Positions 23,003 to 37,400 of a stretch of 64,000 nt of DNA are shown here, piece after piece. The stretch is from Eledone cirrhosa (taxonomy: Eukaryota). The stretch spans positions 46,996,001-47,060,000 of the forward strand of contig OZ024743.1 of the NCBI GenBank assembly GCA_964016885.1. Direction: 5' to 3'. Position numbers and translations under genes: made by a program. Every line of letters begins with the position of its first letter. Within the stretch, counting starts at the first letter, position 1. The notes beneath the pieces were generated by a model. That model saw only the letters and a program-made list of their open reading frames with translations, did no database searches and was not told where the DNA came from.

Positions 23003-26000
23003 CAAAATATTAATAAATGAAGACGTTCACATAATCAAAATATATGTTTTATTATATATATTTCGGAGGTACTGTGCTGTTTCCTCAGTACGTCCTCATC
23101 AGATAAAATACATGAATTGATATATGACATACCTCAACTGTCTTGATGGTTCAATTCCAGCAAATCTCAATTCAACAAATCTCAATATTTATATACCACA
23201 AATAATAACATGACAAACTAAATATGATGAAGAAGAAGATGTGGAACGAGATATAAGTATAAGGAGGGGGTGAGTATGAGAAAATATAGAAGAAATAAAT
23301 AAATACATACGTACATAAATGTTTCAATATTTAAATGTGTAAATATCCATGTTAGAGAAGAAACAGAAGAGAGAGAGAGAGATAGATAGAAGAGAAGAAG
23401 GAAGAAGAGATAAAAAGGAGAAGATAGAAGGAGGGAGAGGGAGATAGAAGAGATAGGATGGAAGACATAACTGCAAAAAGGAAAGAATGAAAGAAAGAAA
23501 GAAAGAAAGAAAGAAGAAAGGGACATGATGCGTGACCGTTGTTTTCAAATATTAAGTCAAATAGAAGCGACCAATTAAATACCGTGAAATTTTTAATATC
23601 TATTGTATTTGGTTATGTTTGAGCAAATTATACTATTATATTATATCAAAATTAAACAATATAAAATATTTTCAATAAATATTTTCAGAAGCATAGTTCA
23701 GTTAATAAATATATCAATATTTTGTTACAAAATTAAAAAATCAAAAGCATTTTTATCTATCAAGGAAGTTTACAAACATTAAATATGTATAAGGGTATTT
23801 ACCACAATTTATTCCCATATCACTAACAGTATATGCATTTTATATAATGTTTAGAATTATTATCAGAATTATTCTTTTTACATTATAAACAGTTTAATTC
23901 AATAGTTGTCAATTACTTATAGGATTAATAAGTAGTTATATTTACTCTTGAGAGTATTATTATTTTGATTCTAACTATGTCATAATATATGTAACAGTAT
24001 AAATCATGTTAAATATACATTATTAATCCATTTGGATAGAACGAGAATTATATACGAAGAATGTAAACAAAGGAAGGTAATCCGTACAACATATCTGATC
24101 ATTTATATTAGCTAAGTGTTTTGAAAGCCAGAAGGTATTTCAAATCGCAAATTCAGAAAATTCTAGTTATACAAAGACCATTCTAAAACCAAACTAAGGA
24201 TATTGAGTCAATCATGTGATTAATTTACCATATAAAAAAAAAACGATATACAATTTTTTTAAGGTAAGGCAAAACATTATATATATAGAATAATAATAAT
24301 AGTATTTCAAGAATTATTAATAATAGTCAATATTTTTTCCCCTTCTTAGTGTTTTTTTTAAAATTTATATGATGTTTGAAATGTTTTTCCAGATTTATGG
24401 AGACAAGTTGCAAATAATTTATTCTTCTTATTAATTAAATTACCGTAATTATTAATAGAGTTTCTAAATTGCAAATATTGATAATCTTCTTGTATTTTAA
24501 AATCCCATAATTCTTCTCTTATTACTGTTATATGCTCGTTCAATTATGACCAAAATTCGAGGGTTTTATTTTATAACATTCTCGCTAACTACCCCCCCCC
24601 CCCAGTCGCCACCATTATTATTTGGACCAATCATAATTCAGCGGCCTATGCTATCATTTCTTAAGTTTAGACCTAGTTGCCTTTCGATATGATGGATGGA
24701 CTACGGAATTCTGGAGAGTCTGAAAAATCTGGACACTCAGTGACAATGCCAAAGATAAAGACAAATTCACCTCATGCTGCCGGACGAGGATGCAAGGACT
24801 CCTCCTCTTTATTTCGGCCACGGATAGCTAACATATCCCCATCTCCCTCACCCCTCCCTGCACCCCATCCTTCCCACCCACCAAACGCAATCCAAAAGAG
24901 TTGGTACCATGAATGTAGGCACCTTAAAAGGTCGCTCTAATGAGGTTGTAGAGATGCTTGAAAGTAAGGAGGTTGATGTTTGCTGTATTCAAGAGACCAG
25001 GTGGAGGGGTGGGTCTGCTAGATTCATTGTGGGTAAAAAACGATGCTATAAGCTTTTCTGGGTGGGAAATGACAATGGGCCGGGTGGAGTAGGAATCATG
25101 GTAGCAGAAAAGTGGGCAGATAAGATAATAGACGTAAATAGAATGAACGACAGAATAATTAAAATGAGACTTGTCCTAAATAGAACTACTGTGACAATAA
25201 TATCTGCGTATGCACCCCAATCCGGACTGCCTGGTGTTATAAAAGACAGATGCTATGAGTCGTTAATGCTCACTATCTCCCAAATAACCGACAGTGACTA
25301 CATAATTATTGCTGGCGACCTAAATGGTCACGTTGGACAACATTGTGACGGCTATGACGGAATCCATGGAGGCTATGGGTTTGGTACTAGAAATGAGGAA
25401 GGCTCCAGAATCCTGGAATTCTGTGATGCAAATAACCTATCTATCTGTAAAACAAACTTCAAAAAATGAAACAATCACTTGATCAGAGGAACACGCCAGT
25501 CAGATAGATTATATCCCTACCAGAAGACGTGACAGAGTGTCTGTTGTAAACACTAAGTCCCTCTCCCATGAAGAATGCACCTCCCAACATAGCCTCATAG
25601 TTAACGACCTCATAGTCAGGACGAGGACGAGACGTACTTGACAACAGAGGAGGACTATCCTCAGGAGAAAAATATGGAAGTTAAAGGACCCCACAGCCAG
25701 TAATAAATTTAAAAGCATATTACTTGATGCTTTTGACAGTAAGGAAGAGCAATTAGAGTTGTACAATATAGAGGAACAGTGAGAATTCCTGAAAGCTAAC
25801 CTGCTGAAGGCGACAGATGAAGTCTGTGGCTGGAGCAGGCCTGTAGGCAGGAGGAGAGTAACGTGGTGGTGGAACAGTAAGGTGGAGGAGTCAATCAAGG
25901 CCAAAAAGCAGGCTTGGAAAGTATGGCGGGATGGGGGAAGTAGAGAAGACTATCAAGTGGCCAGGAGGGAAGCTAGGAGACAAGTGTACTTCGCAAGAAG

Positions 26001-28377
26001 GGAAGCAGAGGAAAGAAAGTTCAAGCATGTTCTACAACGTGAGGACCAAAAACGTGGTGTTCAGGATTGCTAGGCAATGTGTCAAGGAAAACCGTGATAT
26101 TGTCAGGGAGAAGTGTGTCTGTAATGATGATGGTGTACTAGCCATCACTGATGCTGATAAGAAGGTAGCTTGGAAGTGTCACTACGAAAGGCTACTAAAT
26201 GAGGAGAATAAATGAGGGACCAGCAGTGCAAGTTGAAGGTAGTATAAGTAAGGCAATCAAAGATATGAAGACGGGTGATCCGGCTGGTCCTTCGGAAATA
26301 GTTGCTGAAATGCTGAAAGCATCTGGAACGGTGGGACACACTATGGTCACCCGGATAGTAAACCAAGTCATACAGAATGGGGTCATACCAAAGGACTGGC
26401 GTAGCAGCATCGTCATTAACTGCTACAAGGGTAAAGGAGATGCCCTAGATAGGGGAAACTATAGAGGCATTAAATTAATTGACCAGGTCATGAAGGTCAC
26501 AGAAAAAGTAATAGCGCAACTAATCAGAGAGCGAATTGATTTTGATGAAATACAGTTCGGGTTTGTGTCAGGTAAAAGTACCACAGACGCTCTTTTCATT
26601 GTACGACAACTACAAGAGAAGTACCTAGCTAAAAGTAAACCCCTATACTTAGCTTTTGTTGACTTGGAGAAAGCCTTTGACAGAGTCCCACGCCCCATTA
26701 TCTGGTGGGCTCTCAGAAAACTAGGTGTTGATGAATGGCTTGTGAGAGCTATAGAAGCCATGTATAAAGAAACAGTCAGTAAGGTTAGAATTAACAACGA
26801 ATATAGTGAAGAGTTTAGCGTAAAAGTTGGTGTTCATCAGGGCTCCATCCTTAGCCCCCTCCTATTTATTATTGCCCTTCAGGCTATAACAGAGGAGTTC
26901 AAGACTGGCTGCCCATGGGAACTTCTATACACAGATGATCTAACGCTCATAGCTGAATCAATGGCTGAAATAGAGAAGAAATTCCAAACATGGAAGCATG
27001 GCCTAGAATCAAAAGGCCTTACGATTAACTTGCCTAAGACTAAAGTTCTAGTATGTAGGAAGGAAAATAGGGCACTGGTCCCATCTGGGAAATGGCCATG
27101 CTCAGTGTGTAGGAAAGGAGTAGGCAGAAACTCCATTTTATGTCCCAAATGCCAAGTATGGGTGCATAAAAGATGTAGTGGGATCACAGGTAAGCTAACT
27201 AAGAATATAGATTTTATATGTGGCCGGTGCTCAGGTGCAATAAGTAGCAGCAAGTGCCCACAGAATACTAGCTCATTCCATTGCCCAGATGGTTCTATAG
27301 AAATAGTGGACACCTTCCGTTACTTGGGTGACAAAATCAGCAGTGGTGGAGGGTGCTCTGAAAGTACAGTACCTAGAGTCAGAACAGGATGGAAAAAGTT
27401 CAGAGAGCTTATACTACTATTGGGCGCTAAAGGTTTCTCTCTAAAAATGAAAGGCAGGCTGTATGATGCCTGCATACGAACAGTAATGTTACATGGCAGT
27501 GAGGCATTGTGTGCAGAGGATCTATGCAGACTGGAGAGAGGAATGAAGTTTGCATACTCCGCTGGATGTGTAATAGTAATATACGTGAACGGCAAGTCAT
27601 AAATGAACTAAGTGAGAAATTAGGTATAAGAGGGATCAGATGTTGTTTACTCGAGAGAAGACTACGTTGGTACGGTTACGTGATGTGCATGAAAGACGAC
27701 AGCTGTATAAAAAAGTGCAGCCTGATCAAAATAGACGGTAGCCACGGAGTAGGCAGACCCAGAAAAACCTGGGACAACTTGATAAATTCTGACCTCACAC
27801 ACTTACACCTCTCCAAAACAATGTCACTGGACCGAGATCTTTGGCACTACACAGTAATACAGAAGACCCGTCTTGCCTAAGTACAAAGTGAAACTTACAG
27901 TCAGTAGGCACCTCTTAACCAAAATACACCCCCGTCCGACTACCTCTGCCCCCACCCCCATGAACACCACCCCTTTCGATGTAAAGTTATGTTGGTACCA
28001 CAACATCCAGTCCTAAATAAATGAGGTCGTGTAGGTGTCACGACAAAAAAACACACAGTCCACGCTGTAATGTGGCCGTGTAGGTAACACGGTAAAAACC
28101 TCCCAGTCCACACTGTAAAAGTGGTTGGTGTTATGAAGGGCATCCAGCCATAGAAAACCTGCCAGACAGTCCTATGCGAGCAAGACAACCAATCTTGCCT
28201 CACGTAGGACAATTCCCGTCCAAACCCATGCTAGTGTGGAATATTGATTAAACGATGACGATGATGATGCAGTTTGGTGAGATGGAAGCATTCCGATAGG
28301 ATTCAGAGTTCCTAAGCTTACTCCAAGAAATTGAGTATTTAATATTTTTCTCTTTTAAAGACCATTTTATTCTTTGG

Positions 28378-28416
<39 letters not shown>

Positions 28417-31400
28417 TGTGTGTGTGTGTAACTACTATATATAAATCAATTGTCAATTACATTTTGCCTGAAGTGTATCCCCAGCAACATAGATTTCATC
28501 CTCTCTAGTATGACTAGATGAAATAAGTCATTGCTACAGAAGTTGTGAATTAACTGTTACCAAGCAACAGGTGCAGTATTTCACAAATATATTTGAGGAC
28601 TATGACAAAGATACATTTTACACCAATATCTGTGGATTTTCATCCATCCCTGATTATCTCCATTACACCTTATTCCTCTTTCAGACACAAATCTTATATA
28701 TCTAAGCCATTCATGCTCTCTAGGTTACATTCTATATTCCAGTTTATTTTTGAAAGATGGCAAGATGGGTTGAGCTAGTTCCAGCCAGTGAATCCACAAC
28801 ATTGCTAATAGAAACTGCCCTTGCACAGGCATCGGTCAGATACTTTCAGCCAGTCACAATTCTAACAGAAGATACTATATTTGTGAGGACCAGATATTAG
28901 CTCAAGATTTGATTGATCTTGCCAGTCCATGTTTTTCAGCCATCTACTTCACAGATTACACCATTCTAGGAGAAGCTCTAGGACAACTGCATTATAGATG
29001 AGCTCACCTCATGGGCTCTGGAGTGTATGACCAAACCACTGAAAACACATTTTAAACTGGAGTTGTTAGAGGAAAACGATGAAACGCAGATCATGCATAT
29101 GCTCTTACATAGAATTCCTTATTATCCCTTACATAGACTTCATTATTATTGCTTACAAAGAGCGGTGAATTGGCAGTATCGGTAGAGGGTCGGACACCAT
29201 GCTTTGACGTATAGAGTTACGGCCCTTGCCATTCTGAGTTCAAATCACGCCGAGGTTAACTTTGCCTTTCATCCTTACGGGGTCGATAAAATAAAGTACC
29301 AGTAATGTACTGGGTAATTGCTGGCCTTGTGCCAAAAGTAGAAACAATTATTATTGCTTACAAATTATTATCCCAACACATAGGATTCATATTGTCCATT
29401 CTTTTATCTGATTATCAGCAACAAAAACTTTTACTCTGTCTCAATATCTGGCTTCCACATTTATCTAAATTTATCTATTATGTCCACCACTTTCTAAATT
29501 CCCTTAACCACCATGAGCTGTTTCACCATCTCTTGCCCAGTATTAACCCTTTTGGTACCAAACTGCTCCCAGTTCTACAATACAAAAGTGTTTATTTTAA
29601 AGTGCTATATTTACCTAAAAATCTTACATCATAAAATTATGCTCTAAACATCAACTTAATAATGAGAAAGTTAGTTATATTACTAAATCCCTCCAAATTC
29701 TTGATCATTTTAAAAATGATTTGAAAATCATAGGCTATATCTTTCATTAGAAAAATGATAATGAAAGGCTAACATCCTCAGTGTATTCAATACACTAAAC
29801 TTGTCTTCACCCCTGCACACTTTCGATACCAATATTGTTTGTGTAGATGCTCTATTGCTTGTTATTCCTAACTTTGTCAATAGTATTCTCACCTCCATCT
29901 ATAATTAGCTGATACACTAACATTCCAAAGACCCAAATTCAAACTTTATTTATATTTAAATTTGATTTTGGTTTTAAAATTAGCACAAATAGAAAAGTAA
30001 TTTGAATAGAAAATGAAAATTAGTATTGACAAGATCCGAGACTTTATTCACTTACCAAGTGGGGTGGAGCTCATCAAATCTAACCAAGGTCTTTCCATGT
30101 GCTAATATTATCAACCGGTTGTAACTCCTGGCAGGCGGAGCAATGTGAAATAAATAGTCTTGTTTAAGGACATAACACATTGCCTTGTCCAGAAATTGAA
30201 CTCGCAACCTCACCATTGTGAATCCAACTCTCTAACCACTAAGCCACAAGCCTTCACAAAGAAGTTAGTATACTTATATCATATAAGTAGACTTATATTT
30301 TGTTGTATTTAAAATTATTTAACACAATACTTCCATCCAAGTCTCTTATGTTCCTAACACTTTAAAATCTTGATTGGGTATAATTTTCGCATTCTCCCAC
30401 CAAAGGTTTATGGAAACCAATAAGCATCAGATTTTCTTTACAGGTGTGATCATATCAGTACAAATGGAAGCAGAAAAGAAGATCCATAAAGTGGAGAAAT
30501 TATTACATGCAGCCGAGAATGAGAACGAGTATTTACGAGAACAAATTTCCAAATTAAAGGTAAGAGCAATGAGTTATATAGATATAGTTCAATAATGAAT
30601 AGTAATGGCTTATCCCTTCTGAAAAAAAAGTCTTGGATCGATGTAAGAAATTATTGGCAGAATCGGTAGGGTGCCAGACAACATGCTATGCAGCATAGAG
30701 TTACGACCCTTTACATTCTGAGTCCAAATCCCGACGAGGTTAGCTTTGCCTTTCATCCTTACGGGTTCAATAAAATAAAGTACCAGTAATGAACTGGGGT
30801 TGAATATCCCCTCCCCCCAAATTGCTGGCCTTGTGCCTATCTAAGAAACCATTATTATTATTATAAGGGCGGCGGATTGGCAGTATCAGTAGAGGGTTGG
30901 ATGCCATGCTTTGCAGCATAGAGTTGCAGCCCTTTATGGTCTGAGTTCAAATCCCGCCGAACTTAACTTTGCCTTTCATCCTTATGGGGTTGATAAAATA
31001 AAGCACAGTAATGTACTGGAGTAATTGCTGGCCTTGTGCCAAAAGTAGAAACAAATGTTATTATTTAACATGTTGGATTGGCAGAATAGTTAAATCATCA
31101 AACAAAATGTGTTGCAGCCCTTTATGATCTGAGTTAAATTTGGCCTTCATTCTTTCTTGGTTGATAAAATAAAGTACTAGTCAAGTACTGGAGTCAATTT
31201 AATCAACTTTCCCCCTCCCCTGAATTTGAGAGGAATCCCTCAATAGTGTTGTTAGTGGCAAATCCTTTACATATCACATTGCAAAGCTTATGATTTTTTC
31301 AACCCCAAAATAGCTACAAAACACTTAATGAACAAAAAGACACAGTGAAGCCCTTAAACCCTCAAGATGCAACAGAAAGTTATGTTGATTATGTTACATT

Positions 31401-34400
31401 TTTGTGGAAGATATTTCACCTGCCAAAATTATAATTAACCCTTTAGCATTTAAATTGGCTGTATCTGGCCAGAATTCTCTCACCTCTTTCTGTTCAAACT
31501 GGCCATAGCCAGCTGCTCATACTGATGTGAAGGTATTGTTCTCAAAATAAATAATATCAAAATCTCATAGATTCGATATTATGTGAGATAATTATGTGAA
31601 ATTATGTAAAATATAATAATAAATATAGAGTAATTTAAATGCAAAAGGGTTAAGCCTTTTGTTACCATATTTCTAATGAAATACACAACCAATTTGTTTC
31701 AATTAATTGTGATAATAATAAAATTTTTGAGGAATTTAATAAAATAACTAACTTTTTCATTAGTAAGCTGATATTTAGCACATTACTTAATAAAAATCAT
31801 GATGGATGGTTTCAATATAAATAATAATAATTGTTTCTACTTTTGGCACAAGGCCAGCAATTATCCCAGTACATTACTGGTACTTTATTTTATCGACCCC
31901 GTAAGGATGAAAGGCAAAGTGAACCTCGGCAGTATTTGAATTCAGACTATAAAGGGGCGTAACTCTATGCTGCAAAGCATGGCGTCCGACCTTCTACCGA
32001 TACTGCCAAGCTCCCTAATAATAATATATTTATTTTAGTGTATTATATTATATTATATATCATAAACAAATTAAAAGCAACATAGGACCTCATGGGATAT
32101 GGTGAAGTTTATATCTTTCTAGAAAACCAGATTGAGAGTATTATTGGATGAGACTTATAAAGAATTGACTCAATATAAACATTTTAAAATAGACAAGTTT
32201 GTATCTTAAAACTAGGTTGGTTGGTAACAAATGCATTATCAGAGGGTTTAGACATTTTGACAAATCAAAGAGGTTATCCTCATTAGTAGATTTAGATCAC
32301 TTATTAACAGTAATCATAAGTTACATGAATGTGATTGGTTATTATGCTATACCTGTCTGCACATGTCCCCATCTCTCAGACCCAATACCTGCACAGAAGA
32401 GCTAACTTCAATGACACTCCATTTAATTTCTCTTTTGAAAAAAGAATTCTGACTCTGAAAACTGAAATATTAAAAAAATAAAAGTGGAAACTATTATATT
32501 GTTTTTTCTTAGCTTACTCTGAATTTCTCTCCTGTATTTATAACTTGGACTATACTAGCTTTTAAAATTTACCACATATATATACCACATTTTAAAATTT
32601 ATTTTATTTTATTTAAAAAAAAATAATATTTTATGAGTCAAAATATTATTTTCGAAAAATGATTTGATTGCTTACACCAAATGCATGTTATTATTGCAAA
32701 TGGTGCCAATTATGGTTTCTTTCAAATAATTTGCTAGGGAAAATTATGCCTCAAATAATCACTAACCAACACCATGGATGTAGCAGCCATTTTCTAATTT
32801 GCTAATTTGCTATTTTTATATTTTAGAAGCAGTGAGAAGAAGCCACACATGTATTCTATTTTATATTTTTTTTATTTTGATATCCAATAGTAACGGAAAT
32901 GATGTCAGTGACAAATATATTAATTAAAACAGCTATAAAATACTGGAGTAATATAATAAAGACAGAATTATTTGTCTCTATACATCTGTCTTGTAGAAGT
33001 ATAGAGAATTATCATTTCCTATATTACAATTGTATTATTTTCTATATAAACAGGCAATTGTGGAGACAGAGGTTTCTTTGAAATACATTGTAAAAATATC
33101 TAGTCATTGTATCACGTGGCCTTTTTATTTATTCCACAAAGTGGAAATGTTTCCGTATTTAAATACAAATAATTTCTTAGCTGTAAGATTTATTTGATGA
33201 ATAAACAAAACAACAAAATAATAATAATAATAGTAATGATAATAAAATATAAATATATATATATAAAAAAACAGTATCATGGGATGATTAGATGGGAAGA
33301 CACAAAACAAATTCTGACATTTTATAGAAAAGAAATTGCTTTAATTTTCTAGTTGAATAGTTTTCAATATCCATATAAGACAGAGGACAAATGAAAAGCC
33401 GGAATAACGAAAAGGTTGAGATAATTGGAGATGTCTAAAGAAAAACATGGTTATGACAGACTGACAGACATTAACACTGAAACACATTTCAGATTTATAA
33501 ATTTTATGTGCATTTACGGCTTCTAAAAGAAATTCAAATATATTTACTCAGAGAAAAAAGAGAGAGAGAAGCCAGATATTCCAGTGTTAAATTTCCATAC
33601 TTTACTTCGTAATGAATTCTAGACATAAAACATAAAGTTCTTGTATCTTCTTTCAACGATAATGGATGGAATGGACCTCCATCATTTTCAACGATGTGTG
33701 TTTTAGTTGTTCAATCAATGGAACAGCCTGCTCAAGAAATTAACATGCAAGTGGCTGAGCATTCCACAAACTTAACGTACTCTTAACGTAATTCTCAGGG
33801 AGATGGCTTAGTGGTTAGAGCATTGGCCTTGCAATCGAAAGGTTGTGAGTTCAATTCTCAGACCGGGTGATGTCTTGTTTCCTTGAGCAAGACACTTTAT
33901 TTCACATTGCTCCAGTTTACTCAGCTGTAAAAATGAGATGATAGGGACTGGGGTCCCTATCATTCCACTGCAAAGTGGTCGTGGAGGTGCGATGGCAAAA
34001 AAGCACCCAGCACTCACCGTAAATGAGGTTGGTGTTAGGAAGGGCATCCAGCTGTAGAAATCAAACCAGAATCAGTTCCCGTCCCACCCTTGCAAGCAGG
34101 GAGAAGCGAACGTAAAATGAAATGAAAAAATGAAATTAGGTATGGCACTCATTAGCCAACCATTTATTATTTAATAAGATTGATAAGGGTGGTGGATTGG
34201 TAGTATCGGTAGAGGGTCGGATGCGATGCTTTGCAGCATAGAGTTATGGCCCTTTACGTTCTGAGTTGAAATCCCACCGAGGTTAACTTTGCCTTTCATC
34301 CTTACGGGGTCGATAAAATAAAGTACCAGTAATACACTGGGTTCGATTTAATCAACTTCCCCTCCCCCAAAATTGCTGGCCTTGTGCCTATATATTATTT

Positions 34401-37400
34401 GATTTAATATTATATATTATTTAATTAAATTTACTGAAGGATTGTGATTGTGGCAAATATGTGATATCTTTCAAGGGTCAGTACAGTAAATATGTGTAGT
34501 TATATTGGAATGGAAACAATCTGTTACTAGCAGGTGATTATTGTGCTTTAACCCTTTAGCATTTAAACCGGCCATATCCGGCCGCCAGAATTCTCTCACC
34601 TCTTTCCATTTAAACCAGCCATAACCAGCTGCTCATACTTATGTTAAGGTATTGTTCTCAAAATAAATGATATCGAAATCTCGTAGATTCAATATTATGT
34701 GAGATATTATGTAAGATAAAGTGTTTTCTGTGAAAATACAATAGTTTATATAGAATAATGTAAATGCTAAAGGGTTAGGGTTAATCCAGCTCTGGTCATA
34801 TTATGGTTAAGTCTCATAGTTGTAATAAGGGTTTCTGATTTAGGCACAAGGCCAACAATTTTAGTAGAGAAGAAAGTTGATTAAAACGACCCAGTGCATT
34901 ACTGGTACTTTATTTCACCAACCTCGTAAGGGTGAAAGGCAGGATTTGAACTCAAAATGTAAGGTGTCCAAAATGCTTCAAAACATCAATAATTAAGAGA
35001 ACAAGTATATTTTGTAATGGATTCTGTAGTGATGATGGTGGTGGTAGTGGTAGCAATAGTAGTAGTAGTGATGGTGGTAGTAGTAGTACTAGTAGTACTA
35101 GTAGTACTAGTAGTAGTAGTAGTAGTGATGGTGGTAGTTGTGGTAGCAGTAGTACTAGTAGTGATAGTGGTAGTTGTGGTGGTAGTAGTAGTAGTAGTGA
35201 TGGTGGTAGTGGTGGTGGTGGTGGTAGTAATAGTAGTAGTAGTGATGGTGGTAGTTGTGGTGGTAGTAGTAGTAGTGATAGTGGTAGTTGTGGTGGTAGT
35301 AGTAGTAGTAGTAGTGATGGTGGTAGTTGTGGTGGTAGTAGTAGTAGTAGTGATGGTGGTAGTGGTGGTGGTGGTGGTAGTAATAGTAGTAGTATTGATG
35401 GTGGTGGTAGTAGTAGTGATGGTGGTTATAGTAGTAGTAGTGATAGTGGTAGTTGTGGTGGTAGTAGTAGTCGTAGTGATGGTGGTAGTGGTGGCGGTGG
35501 TGGTGGTAGTAATAGTAGTAGTAGTGATGGTGGTAGTGGTGGTGGTAGTAATAGTAGTAGTAGTACTAGTAGTAGCAGTAGTAGTAGTATGAAAACAAAT
35601 TACCCAGAAGTATTGCTATTAAACAAACATATTTTTAACATTCTAAATATAACCTGTATTATTTCACTTTGACAGGAAGAATTAGAATCAGTTCGAAAAA
35701 AGCAGAAAAAGGATGACGTGAAATCAATTGGAAGTGTATCCCAGAAGACTGATGACGATCTCATGGGTGAGTCTTATTTATCAATCAATAGGTCGCACTG
35801 ATTCCCTTGACTCTCTGTAGGTTGCACTGATTCCCTTGACTCTCAATAGGTCACACTGATTCCCTTGACAATAGGTCGCACTGATTCCCTTGACTCTCTG
35901 TAGGTTGCACTGATTCCCTTGACTCTCAATAGGTCACACTGATTCCCTTGACAATAGGTCGCACTGATTCCCTTGACAATAGGTCGCACTGATTCCCTTG
36001 ACTCTCTGTAGGTCGCACTGATTCCCTTGACTCTCAATAGGTCACACTGATTCCCTTGACAATAGGTCGCACTGATTCCCTTGACTCTCTGTAGGTTGCA
36101 CTGATTCCCTTGACTCTCAATAGGTCGCACTGATTCCCTTGACAATAGGTCGCACTGATTCCCTTGACAATAGGTTGCACTGATTCCCTTGACTCTCTGT
36201 AGGTTGCACTGATTCCCTTGACTCTCAATAGGTCACACTGATTCCCTTGACAATAGGTCACACTGATTCCCTTGACAATAGGTTGCACTGATTCCCTTGA
36301 CTCTCTGTAGGTTGCACTGATTCCCTTGACTCTCTGTAGGTCGCACTGATTCCCTTGACAATAGGTCACACTGATTCCCTTGACAATAGGTCGCACTGAT
36401 TCCCTTGACTCTCTGTAGGTCGCACTGATTCCCTTGACAATAGGTCACACTGATTCCCTTGACAATAGGTCACACTGATTCCCTTGACAATAGGTCACAC
36501 TGATTCCCTTGACAATAGGTCGCACTGATTCCCTTGACAATAGGTCGCACTGATTCCCTTGACGATCCACTTGACGATCTAATGGGTAAGTCTCATTTAT
36601 CAATTAATAGGTCACACTGATTCCCCTGACTCTCTCTCACCATCCAATTCAATTGTTCATTGCCATATTTGAAAGGTTGGATGGATTACTATTTATGTAG
36701 TGTCAAATCTGCTTGATTTAGGTCTTAGCTTGTCGTCCTCTGCTAGCTCCTCCTTGTGTAGACTCCTACAAAAGAACTTCACTAACAATTTTGTCTTTAA
36801 CACTCCAGCAATGCCCTGTGAATCTGACTCTACACAGTTTGATGATATCTGGTACTGGATGAAGGTTCCCATGCAGTCACTTATTGGTTAGATGATCTTT
36901 CCAAGTGACATTTGTCATCTCCATTATGGTCGGTTTACACAACCTTATCCCATATCATCCTAGGTCTATGTCTTCCAAAGGTCCTAACCACTGAGATTTC
37001 TCTGCACTTCTTTATACAGCTGTCATCTTCTATGTGCATCACATGTCCATACCAATGCAGTCTTCTCTCTTGCTCACTTCATCCATTTCCTCTTATCCCA
37101 AGTATATCTCTCAGCTCACTTATACCTCGTCATTCATGTACACTGTTACACATCCATCTGAGCTTACTTCATTTCTTTCTAGTCTTCACAGGTATTCTAC
37201 TGTCAAAGCCCAGGTGCCACTGTCATGTAACTTTACAGTTTGCACACATGCATCATACAGTCTACCTTTTACTCTGAGAAAGAAGCCCTTTTTTGTAAGC
37301 AGAAGCACTAACTCCCTAAACTTCTTCCAGCCTGTTCTTTGCCTAGCTATCATGGATTCAGAGCATTATCCCCAACTGCTGATTAGGTCATCGAAATATC

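Noticed and set aside
33054-33071. Possible 18-nt phase-0 exon (AIVETE)
   Set aside because: The donor gtttct is weak and there is no other support.
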